52,269 nucleotides of DNA from Myxococcales bacterium. Lineage in GTDB: Bacteria > Myxococcota_A > UBA9042. The notes under the pieces were generated by a model, which had not been told where the DNA came from, did no database searches, and worked only from the letters and a program-made list of their open reading frames with translations. The position numbers and the translations under genes are program-made. Positions 35,883 through 46,601 of the stretch are shown piece after piece. The DNA lies in assembly GCA_037441385.1 (NCBI GenBank), contig JBBISH010000032.1, positions 1-52,269 on the forward strand, given 5' to 3'. Positions within the stretch are counted from its first letter, which is position 1. Every line of letters begins with the position of its first letter.

Positions 35883-37886
35883 CTATTTCTGCTTGCGCGT
35901 CATCCAGGTGCCGCCACCGATCACCAGCAGCGCCAGCGCACCCACCCACAGCCAGGTCTGCCACGGCGGGTTGAGGCTGCCGTTGCCGCGGCTGGTGGCC
36001 GTGGTGGCGGCGGTGGGCAGGCCCGCAGGCCGATCGGGCTCGTCTTCGTCGTCGTAGTGGCCCGGCTTGTCCCACAGCGGCGGCATCTCGCCCTTTTTGA
36101 GTAAAGCCATCTCGGACTCTACACGCTTGGTTTTCTTGGCAAAGTGCAAGGCGCCGGGCTGCCCTTCCAGGTCCAAGTAGCGCTGCAGCATCGCCGCCGC
36201 CGCCAACTTGTCGTGCTGACGCAGCACTTGCGACTGGCAGTAGTAGACATCGGGATCACGCGGATTGGCCAAAACAGCCTTGTCGGCGAGCTTTTGCGCT
36301 TCCTCGGGGTGCCCCAGCCATAGCTGGGCCATCGCTTGATAGATGAAGATGCGGCCCTCGTTCTTGACGCGCGGCTCGACGAGCTTCATCTGCACTAGAG
36401 CTTGCTCGAACTTGGCGTCGTAGAACAGGCTGACACCATACAGGAATTGCGCCACGGTGTCGCCCGAGTCCTTGGCGGCGCGGTCGCGCATCTCGTCGCG
36501 CAGCAATTGCCAACCGCTGGTCTGGCCCTCGCGCGGCGGATCGACGCGCCCCCAGTCGTTCACCACGCCCGACAGCCGGCCCAGCACGCCCTGGTAGTCG
36601 GGATTCTTCTTGAAGATCCCTTCCAGCTCTCGGACCGCCCGCAGGTGTTCGCCAGCGCGGAAGCAGGCGGTCGCCAGGGCGTCGCGCAGCGACAGGTCTT
36701 CGGGCCACGCTTGGACCGCGGCCGTGGCGACGGTCAGCTCGGCGCGCGAGTCGTCTTGCCGGCTGGCCAGGCCAATGCGCGCGGCGAACCAAGCGGCCGG
36801 CGGTCGGGGCGTGCGCTTGAGTTGCTCGTCCAGGACGCCCGCGGCCAAGTCCCCGCGATTGGCGGCCAGAAGAGCGTCCGCCAGCGCCATGGCCTGGCAG
36901 CTGCCACTGCCGTCGGGCGCTTCGGGAAAGCGGCTCCAACAATCGACCAAGATCTGCCGACCGCGCGGGGGCGTCTCGGCCCACACCGTGGCGGCGGCCG
37001 CACGCTCGGCTTCGCGCACCGCCAGGGCCCGGTCGCTGGGCGGCGTCTGCCGCTGCCAATCCGTCAGCGCCGGCAGCAGAATCTGCAGGGCCAGCGCGCG
37101 GCGGCCGTGGAGCGCCAGCGCCAGGCCCAGATCAAAGCGAATCGTCAGATCCAAGCGGCCTGTGTCGATCTTCTCGATTTGTTCCAGCAGCTTCTGGGCC
37201 GCGTCGCGGTCGCCGACCTGGCCCTTGGCGTCGAGCTCGCGCAGTAAAGCCGAGACGTCGCCCGCCTGCGCCGCGGTGGCTGGACACGCCAGCGCGACCG
37301 CGTCTTCGGCGGCCAGGACGGCCTGCTGCAGCGCCCGATCCAGGTCGGGTTGGGCGGCACACGTCGCGGTCGCCGAAGCAGCCAGGGCAAAGGCGCGCAA
37401 GGCTGGCTCGTCTGGGGCCTCGATCGGGCCGTGGCCCCAGCATGGGGCGGCCAGCTGGATGCGAAACTTCTTGGTGAGCAGCGCTTTGTCATCTGCCTGC
37501 GCCGCGCGAGGCGACAGTAGATAGACGCGCCGTTCGGGCTGGGCGCCGGGGCGCGCCACCAGCCAAGTCCCGGCGATGCGGCCACCCGCGATGGCGATCG
37601 CGTCGGCGCTGACTCCGACAAGGCCGGCAGGGGGCGCAAACAAGCGCACCACCTGAGCTTCTTGGCCGGGCGGCACGATGGGAAGCGCGCAGCCCAGCAC
37701 CGACGCCGCGTCCGGCGCAAGAGGCCTGGGCGCTGGCGCGACCACGGGTGGAGTGGGTTTCTTGGCCGGTTCAGCGGACTTGTGGACCGGCAGGCGGAAG
37801 CGCGGCGCGGCCAAGTCGGCCTGAGCCAGCCCTGCGGGCAAGAAGGTCAAGACCGCAACCAGGTGCGGCCAAAGGATTCGTCCCAT
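35883..37886 (-). CDS. Secreted tetratricopeptide repeat protein with C-terminal membrane anchor
   Basis: Signal peptide (..AGLAQA), TPR-like C-terminal half, final hydrophobic helix followed by RKQK. Confidence 0.8.
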   Translation of the reverse strand: MGRILWPHLVAVLTFLPAGLAQADLAAPRFRLPVHKSAEPAKKPTPPVVAPAPRPLAPDAASVLGCALPIVPPGQEAQVVRLFAPPAGLVGVSADAIAIAGGRIAGTWLVARPGAQPERRVYLLSPRAAQADDKALLTKKFRIQLAAPCWGHGPIEAPDEPALRAFALAASATATCAAQPDLDRALQQAVLAAEDAVALACPATAAQAGDVSALLRELDAKGQVGDRDAAQKLLEQIEKIDTGRLDLTIRFDLGLALALHGRRALALQILLPALTDWQRQTPPSDRALAVREAERAAAATVWAETPPRGRQILVDCWSRFPEAPDGSGSCQAMALADALLAANRGDLAAGVLDEQLKRTPRPPAAWFAARIGLASRQDDSRAELTVATAAVQAWPEDLSLRDALATACFRAGEHLRAVRELEGIFKKNPDYQGVLGRLSGVVNDWGRVDPPREGQTSGWQLLRDEMRDRAAKDSGDTVAQFLYGVSLFYDAKFEQALVQMKLVEPRVKNEGRIFIYQAMAQLWLGHPEEAQKLADKAVLANPRDPDVYYCQSQVLRQHDKLAAAAMLQRYLDLEGQPGALHFAKKTKRVESEMALLKKGEMPPLWDKPGHYDDEDEPDRPAGLPTAATTATSRGNGSLNPPWQTWLWVGALALLVIGGGTWMTRKQK

Positions 37887-37911
37887 CGGCCACCCCAAAA
37901 CAATGGCTGGA

Positions 37912-38187
37912 CTAATCTTCGTCCTTGAGCTCGTCGCCGGTCGCCTGGCCCTCGGCCTCGACCTCACCGCGCTCGATCGCCTCGCGCAGGCGCGCCTTGC
38001 GGCGACGGTTCAAGCGCACGGGGGCCCCGCCCGAAGCACCGGTGGCCGCGCGACGCGTGGCGTTGCTGGGGTTGTGCACGGCCGACAGGTCGGCCTTGTG
38101 GCCGCGGATCAGCAGCGTCGAACCGACCATGTACAGCAGCACGAACACGCCGAGCACGCCAAGTTCGCGGATAAAATCAGCATCCAT
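37912..38187 (-). CDS. Small single-pass membrane protein
   Basis: GAGGT RBS, N-terminal TM segment, GC3 bias, co-oriented between cysS and the TPR gene. Confidence 0.72.
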   Translation of the reverse strand: MDADFIRELGVLGVFVLLYMVGSTLLIRGHKADLSAVHNPSNATRRAATGASGGAPVRLNRRRKARLREAIERGEVEAEGQATGDELKDED

Positions 38188-38224
38188 TCTCTACCTCATC
38201 GACCACTCCCGCCGTGGGGGGATC

Positions 38225-38286
38225 CTTCCTTGCGTTCTTCTGACCCTTCCTGGATTTCTCTCGACTCTTCCTGGATTTCTCTCGAC
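38225..38286. repeat. Intergenic direct repeats with 21-bp period
   Basis: CTTCCTGGATTTCTCTCGAC at 38246 and 38267 (identical); a 14/20 copy at 38225. Confidence 0.9.
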
Positions 38287-38314
38287 ACGGTCAACGGGGC
38301 CAAAGCCGCCGCTT

Positions 38315-39811
38315 CTACCCAATACTGTCGCCCTGGTCCAAATTTGGCCGCCAGACGGTCCCTTGCCGAGTATCGCCGACTTCGACCCCCAGATCGAGCA
38401 GTTGCTTGCGCAGTACGTCGGCCTGGGCAAAATCCTTGTTGGCACGCGCGGCGTTGCGCTCCTCGATCAACCGTTCCACGTTGGCCAACGCCGCGGACCC
38501 GGCCGGGAAGCGCAGCGTTTTGGCCAGCTCCAGGATCTCGACCGCGGTCGTCGCCGCCGCGTGCTGGAACAGGCCGAGCACTTCGGCCGCCTCGCCAAAA
38601 AGCGCGCGGACCTGCGCCACCGTCTTCTGGTTGGCCTGATCCTTTGGCTTTTCAAGTGCTTGCGCCAAGGCCTGCAAGGGCTCGGAAAGCGCCGCCAGCG
38701 CCCGGGGCGTGTTGAAATCGTCGCTCAGCGCGTCGAACAGTTCGGTGCGCGCCTTCTGCACCACCGGCAGCTCGGGACCGACCGCCACCTGGGTGCGCGC
38801 CAGCAGTTCGTCGGCCGCAGCCAGCTTCTCGTAGACGTACAGCACGCGCCGGTTGGCGTCGTCCAGCGACTTGTCCGAGAAGTTGAGCGGAGCGATGTAG
38901 TGCGCCGTCAGCAGGTAGTAGCGCAGCACCTGTGGGTGGTAGCGCGCCAGCACGTCGCGGATCGTGAAGAAATTGCCCAGCGATTTGGACATCTTCTCGC
39001 TGTCGACCGTAACGAAGCCGTTGTGCATCCAGTAGCGAGCAAAGTCCTGGCCATTGGCCGCCTTGCTTTGGGCGATCTCGTTTTCGTGGTGGGGGAACAC
39101 CAAGTCCTTGCCGCCGCCGTGGATGTCGAACGCCGCGCCCAGGTGCTTGCACGACATCGCGGAGCACTCGATGTGCCAGCCGGGCCGACCGGGACCCCAG
39201 GGCGAATCCCAAGCAGGCTCGCCGGGTTTGGCGCTTTTCCACAGCGCGAAATCCGCCTGGCTGCGCTTGCGGGCGTCGTGGCTGACGCGCTCGGAGGCGC
39301 CGTCTTGGTTGTCGTCTTGCGAGCGACCCGACAGCGCGCCGTAGCTGGGGTACGAGACCACGTCGAAGTACACGTCGTGGCCGCCGAATTCGCCCGGCAC
39401 CACGTAGGCGTGGCCGCGATCGATGATCTGTTGGACCAGGTCAATGATCTCGGGCATATGGCCGGTAACGCGCGGCTCCACCTGCGGGCGCTGGATGTCC
39501 AGGGCGTCCATGTCGCGGTAGAACGCCGCAATCGTTCGTTCGGTCAGCTGATCGCAAGTCTCGCCGTTCTTGTTGGCGCGGTTGATGATCTTGTCGTCGA
39601 CATCCGTGAAATTGCGCACGTACTTGACGTCGTAGCCCAGCTTCTTCAGCGTGCGCTGCACCACGTCGAACACCACGTACACGCGCGCATGACCGACGTG
39701 GCACACGTCGTACACCGTAACCCCGCAGACATACAGACTTACCTTGCCGGGTTGCATCGGCACGAAGGCTTCTTTCTGGCGGGTCAGGGTGTTGTGGATG
39801 CGCAGGCTCAC
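38315..39811 (-). CDS. cysS: Cysteine--tRNA ligase
   Basis: YVCGVTVYDVCHVGHAR, NFTDVDDKII, GRPGWHIECSAM, DIHGGG, FPHHENE, KMSKS. Confidence 0.98.
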   Translation of the reverse strand: MSLRIHNTLTRQKEAFVPMQPGKVSLYVCGVTVYDVCHVGHARVYVVFDVVQRTLKKLGYDVKYVRNFTDVDDKIINRANKNGETCDQLTERTIAAFYRDMDALDIQRPQVEPRVTGHMPEIIDLVQQIIDRGHAYVVPGEFGGHDVYFDVVSYPSYGALSGRSQDDNQDGASERVSHDARKRSQADFALWKSAKPGEPAWDSPWGPGRPGWHIECSAMSCKHLGAAFDIHGGGKDLVFPHHENEIAQSKAANGQDFARYWMHNGFVTVDSEKMSKSLGNFFTIRDVLARYHPQVLRYYLLTAHYIAPLNFSDKSLDDANRRVLYVYEKLAAADELLARTQVAVGPELPVVQKARTELFDALSDDFNTPRALAALSEPLQALAQALEKPKDQANQKTVAQVRALFGEAAEVLGLFQHAAATTAVEILELAKTLRFPAGSAALANVERLIEERNAARANKDFAQADVLRKQLLDLGVEVGDTRQGTVWRPNLDQGDSIG

Positions 39812-39859
39812 GGCTCAGCTCTCGACTTGGCGCGAAGGTTCCGCGCCGCAGGGCCGGAT

Positions 39860-39888
39860 AGTATGCGGTAGTTCGGCGGTTTGCTCAA
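39860..39888 (-). promoter_or_regulatory. Putative sigma70 promoter of cysS
   Basis: TTGAGC-N17-CATACT. Confidence 0.5.
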
Positions 39889-39905
39889 GTCGTGGCTTCG
39901 ATGGT

Positions 39906-40745
39906 TCAACGCAGGCCGGTCGCTTGCAGGGCTCGCAAGGCCGCTCCATGAGCCAGCGCCTGATCCGGCCAGGCCGAAACTAGCAGCGGCGGCGCGCCAG
40001 GCATGCGCGTCTGCAGGCGTGCGGCCAAGGTCTGGGCCAGCTGCCCCGTGGGCTGCAAGCCCGGCCAGGCCAGCGCGGTGCCTTGAACGCCGTGGGCACG
40101 GGCCAGCAGGTGCAAGGCGTGCGCCAAGTAGTCCGCCAACTCCTGATTCAGCCAGGCTGCTCGGCTATCGCGGCGATCGCCCCGGCCGGCCCAATCGCGG
40201 TGCTCGGCGGCCGGACGCAGCACTCCAGGGGCGCCGCGCAACGGCATCTGCCCCATGCCGGCCAAGCGCCGCAGGGCCGCTCCATCGACGTAGCTGTGCA
40301 GGCAACCGCGCCCACCACAAGGACAAGGCGGCCCCAGCGGGTCCAGGGGCAGGTGCGCGGCCACGGGCTCCGACTCGGCCAAGTGCCCGGCGCGCACGAC
40401 CGCGCCCCAGACCTGGCTGCCCACCGCCAAGACGGCCAAATCGCCAGCGCCCTGCCATGGACCGTGGGTGAGCTCGGCCGCGGCCAGACAGCTCCCCGGC
40501 GCAAAGCTGGGCCAGGCGCTCCAGTCGTCGTGGGGCGCCGCGGGCGCGGTGCGCGTCAGACCCACCAAGGCCAGCGGTTCGGCAGCGCGCTCGCGCAGAA
40601 CGTCGATGGCCTGAGTGACGTGGGCGGCCGTGGGCACCTGCAAAACCCGCCGCTCGTCGATGACGCCTTCTAGGCGGTCCACCACTACCAAAAGCGCTTG
40701 ATCGGCGCGCAGTTCCACACCAATGGCCTGCATCAGCGCGGTCAT
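39906..40745 (-). CDS. ROK family protein (degenerate kinase motifs)
   Basis: HLPLDPLGPPCPCGGRGCL zinc motif; ATGA overlap with the asnB stop. Confidence 0.8.
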   Translation of the reverse strand: MTALMQAIGVELRADQALLVVVDRLEGVIDERRVLQVPTAAHVTQAIDVLRERAAEPLALVGLTRTAPAAPHDDWSAWPSFAPGSCLAAAELTHGPWQGAGDLAVLAVGSQVWGAVVRAGHLAESEPVAAHLPLDPLGPPCPCGGRGCLHSYVDGAALRRLAGMGQMPLRGAPGVLRPAAEHRDWAGRGDRRDSRAAWLNQELADYLAHALHLLARAHGVQGTALAWPGLQPTGQLAQTLAARLQTRMPGAPPLLVSAWPDQALAHGAALRALQATGLR

Positions 40746-42733
40746 GCGCGGATGCCCCGCGGGCGCCGCCAGGCCTCGAAGCTCGCCATCGCCCACAAGG
40801 TCTTGCGGTGGTCGGCGCGGCCGTCGCTGTGTTCGCGCAGCAGGTGCTGCACACCGGCGGGATCAAAAAACCCCGCTTCGGCACAGGTCAAATCGCCCAG
40901 CAGGTCGTTCAACCAGCCGCGGAGCGGCCCGCGCAGCCAGGCGCCCAAAGGCACACCAAAGCCCTTCTTGGGGCGCTTGACGATCGCCTCCGGCAGCTTG
41001 TTGGCTGCCAACTGCCGCAGCGCCCACTTGGTGGTGCCGCGCCGCAGCTTGCAGTGCGCCGGCATGGCCTGGGCCAGCTCCACGACCTCGGGGTCCAGCA
41101 GCGGCGCGCGCGCCTCCAAGCTGTGCAGCATGGTCGCGCGGTCGACCTTTTGCAGGACCCCGTCGGCCAGATACCAGCGGGCATACAAGCCGGCCAACGC
41201 CGATAATTCATCGGGCGCGACAGCCTTCCATGCCGCCCACGATTCGTCGAGCGCCGCCAGCACCTCGGGCCGGCGCGGCGTGGGCGAGGGATCGACTTCG
41301 CCCAAACGGCCCCGGAAGTCGGGATGCAGCACAGCCAGGGCCTCGCGCCACGGCAGGCCGCCGATCCACGCAAAGTGCCGCTGCGCCACCGACTCGCGCA
41401 GGCCGCGGACAAAGCGCTTGGCCTGCTGGTCCAGGGACCAATTGGCATGGCTGGTCGGCAGTTGCTGCACCATGGCCTGCAGCAGGGGCTGCGTGGCGCC
41501 CAAGTGCAGGGCATCAAAGGCGCTGGCCAGGCGGTGCGCGCCAAAGGTCGGATAGCCCAGGAACCATTCGTCGCCGCCGTCGCCGCCCAGAGCGACCGTG
41601 ACATGCTGGCGGGCAAATTGTGCGAGGAAGGTAGTGGGCACGATCGACGCGTCCGCCAGCGGCTGGTCCAGGCGCGTCAGCAGGTCGGGGATCAGGTCCA
41701 GACACTGTTGCGCCGTCAGGACTTGCTCGTGGTGGCGCGTGCCCAGGTGCTGGGCCACGGCGCGGGCATGGGCGCTCTCGTCAAAGCTGGGATCGTCAAA
41801 GCCGATGGCAAAGGTGTCGAGCTCGGCCGCCGGCCGCCGCTGCGCCGCGTACCAGGCCACCAGCGACGAGTCGATGCCGCCCGACAAGAACACGCCCAGC
41901 GGCACGTCGGACATCAGCCGCCGCTCGACCGCCAGTTGGATGCGCTGATCGAGCTCTTGCAGCTGCTCGCTTTGACTCAGTTTTTGCAGCTCGGGCCGCG
42001 GCGGCCGCGGCGGATGCCAGGTCGCCACCGTCACCGTGGCGCCGCGGTGTTCGCCGGGCCGGCGCTGCCACAGGTAGAAGCTCCCCGGAGTCAGCGCGTG
42101 CACGGCCTGGACCATCGAGCGCGGGCTGGGCACGTAGTCGAGCATGAACAGCCCGGCAAGCCCGCGCGGATCCACGGCTTTGGGCACGCCGGGGTGCGCC
42201 AGGACCGCGCTCAGTTCGCTGCCAAAGACCAGCGTCTCGCCGTCGTCGATCACCCCGACGAACAGCGGCTTCTTGCCAAACCGGTCGCGCGCCAGCAGCA
42301 GCGAGCCGCGGCGGTCGTCCCAAATGGCCAGGTCGAACATGCCGTTGCAGCGCGCCAGCACGTCGGTGCCCCACGACTCCCAGCCGTGCACCAGCACCTC
42401 GGTGTCGCTGTGGCTGGCAAACACGTGCCCCAGACCCTCGAGCTCGCGGCGCAGCTCCAGGTGGTTGTAGATCTCGCCGTTGAAAACGACTTGCACGGTG
42501 CCGTCTTCGTTGCCCATGGGCTGGTGGCCGCCCTGCAGGTCGACGATCGACAGCCGGCGAAAGCCAAGAATGCAGCGGGCTTGGTGACCATCGCGATGCA
42601 GCGGCGACAGCCAGGCGCCGTCGTCGTCGGGCCCGCGGTGCAGCAGCTTCTCGCGCATCTGACCCAGGATCAGCGGCGCGTCGTCGTCAAAACGCTCGGG
42701 GCGCAGCGAAGCCCAGCCGGCAATTCCGCACAT
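40742..42733 (-). CDS. asnB: Asparagine synthase (glutamine-hydrolysing) family amidotransferase
   Basis: MCGIAG, HRGPD, RRLSIVDL, FNGEIYNH, RDRFGKKPL, LSGGIDSS, KVDRATM. The GT2 neighbour suggests a glycan-amidating role. Confidence 0.93.
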   Translation of the reverse strand: MCGIAGWASLRPERFDDDAPLILGQMREKLLHRGPDDDGAWLSPLHRDGHQARCILGFRRLSIVDLQGGHQPMGNEDGTVQVVFNGEIYNHLELRRELEGLGHVFASHSDTEVLVHGWESWGTDVLARCNGMFDLAIWDDRRGSLLLARDRFGKKPLFVGVIDDGETLVFGSELSAVLAHPGVPKAVDPRGLAGLFMLDYVPSPRSMVQAVHALTPGSFYLWQRRPGEHRGATVTVATWHPPRPPRPELQKLSQSEQLQELDQRIQLAVERRLMSDVPLGVFLSGGIDSSLVAWYAAQRRPAAELDTFAIGFDDPSFDESAHARAVAQHLGTRHHEQVLTAQQCLDLIPDLLTRLDQPLADASIVPTTFLAQFARQHVTVALGGDGGDEWFLGYPTFGAHRLASAFDALHLGATQPLLQAMVQQLPTSHANWSLDQQAKRFVRGLRESVAQRHFAWIGGLPWREALAVLHPDFRGRLGEVDPSPTPRRPEVLAALDESWAAWKAVAPDELSALAGLYARWYLADGVLQKVDRATMLHSLEARAPLLDPEVVELAQAMPAHCKLRRGTTKWALRQLAANKLPEAIVKRPKKGFGVPLGAWLRGPLRGWLNDLLGDLTCAEAGFFDPAGVQHLLREHSDGRADHRKTLWAMASFEAWRRPRGIRA

Positions 42734-42742
42734 GCGCCCGTC

Positions 42743-43738
42743 CTATCCGCGCGGCGGGGCGGCGACGTTCAGCCGCTGCCGCACAAAGTAGGTGGGCTTG
42801 CCCTGCGACTCGTAGTAGGTGCGCATGTTCAGCTCGGCCAACAGGCCAAACAGCAGCAGCTGCAAGCCGCTGAGCAAGAAGAAGATCCCCACCAGAAACA
42901 GCGGCTGATCCTTGACGAAAATCCCGGCAAAAAAGCGTTGCGCCAGCGTCCACAGCAGGGCGATCCCGCCCGCGCCAAAGCACGCGAAGGCAAACCGGCC
43001 AAAGAAGTACGTCGGCTTGGTGGCATAGGCCAACAGAAAGCGCACGGTGATGAGGTCGAGCACCACGCGGAACGTCTTGGAAAGGTTGTACTTACTCACG
43101 CCCCAACGGCGGGCATGGTGCCGCACCGGCATCTGGGTGATGCGCGCGCCGGCCATGGCGGCAAAGGCGGCGATGAAGCGATGGGCCTCGCCGTACAGGT
43201 GCACGTCGCGCAGCACCTCCGAGCGAAAAGCCTTGAGTGTGCAGCCATTGTCCTTCAGGTCCACGCCGGTCACGCGGGCGATGATGCGGTTGGCGATCTT
43301 GGACGGGATGACCACCGTCAGCGCCTTGTCCTGGCGCTTGGCGCGGATGCCGGCCACTAGGTCGTAGCCCTCTTCCAGCTTGGCCACCAGCAGCGGGATG
43401 TCGCCAGGATCGTTCTGCAAGTCCGCGTCGATCGGGCAGATCACCTCGCCGGTGGCATGGGCGAAGCCGGCCGCCATCGCCGCGGTCTGGCCAAAGTTGC
43501 GGCGGAACTGGATGACCTTGACGCGCGGGTCGGCGGCCAATTTCTGCAGCACCTGCATCGAGTCGTCGCGGCTGCCGTCGTCGACGTAGAGGATCTCGAA
43601 GCTGCGGCCCCAGGGCTCCAGCGCGGCCAGCAGCGCCTCGTGCATCGGCCCCAGGCTGTCCTGCTCGTTGTAGGCCGGCACGACCACCGACAGAAAGGGA
43701 GGTTCGCTGCTCGGAGTGGGGTTCTGCGGGTCGCTCAT
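42743..43738 (-). CDS. Glycosyltransferase family 2 (DPM1/ArnC/GtrB-like) with two C-terminal TM helices
   Basis: LSVVVPAYNE, VDDGSRD, RNFGQTAA, IDADLQNDP, GCTLKAFR. Confidence 0.94.
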   Translation of the reverse strand: MSDPQNPTPSSEPPFLSVVVPAYNEQDSLGPMHEALLAALEPWGRSFEILYVDDGSRDDSMQVLQKLAADPRVKVIQFRRNFGQTAAMAAGFAHATGEVICPIDADLQNDPGDIPLLVAKLEEGYDLVAGIRAKRQDKALTVVIPSKIANRIIARVTGVDLKDNGCTLKAFRSEVLRDVHLYGEAHRFIAAFAAMAGARITQMPVRHHARRWGVSKYNLSKTFRVVLDLITVRFLLAYATKPTYFFGRFAFACFGAGGIALLWTLAQRFFAGIFVKDQPLFLVGIFFLLSGLQLLLFGLLAELNMRTYYESQGKPTYFVRQRLNVAAPPRG

Positions 43739-43746
43739 GGCGCAGC

Positions 43747-43775
43747 AGTCTACCGGCAAGGCTGGCGCGGCTCAA
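43747..43775 (-). promoter_or_regulatory. Putative sigma70 promoter of the GT2-asnB-ROK operon (near-leaderless)
   Basis: TTGAGC-N17-TAGACT, 8 nt before ATG 43738; no Shine-Dalgarno sequence. Confidence 0.55.
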
Positions 43776-43836
43776 GGATCGCCAGACGCGTCGCAAACCA
43801 CCCCATTCTTTCAAGGGGTTAGAATCTCTGCCCGGA

Positions 43837-43865
43837 TTGACGAAATCGCCGATCTGACGTAGACT
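43837..43865 (+). promoter_or_regulatory. Putative sigma70 promoter of gyrA
   Basis: TTGACG-N17-TAGACT. Confidence 0.62.
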
Positions 43866-43906
43866 TTTGCGCCCTTCTGCGGCCTGTGCCGCCCCAAGGA
43901 ACCCTG

Positions 43907-46507
<2,601 letters not shown>

Positions 46508-46546
46508 GCGGGACGCCGAGTCGTCTGCTCGCCCGAGTGTAGCCGT

Positions 46547-46584
46547 GGTTCCAGCGCGCCTGAACTCCGAGACGCGCTGAAACC
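46547..46584 (-). terminator. Hairpin between convergent genes
   Basis: Minus strand GGTTTCAGCGCGTCT/AGGCGCGCTGGAACC pairs fully using G-U wobbles (C-A mismatches on the plus strand); no clear U-tract. Confidence 0.5.
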
Positions 46585-46601
46585 TTAGCTATTTCAGTAT
46601 T

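Noticed and set aside
38225..38286. Mini-CRISPR array
   Set aside because: Repeats are separated by 1 nt, with no spacers and no cas genes
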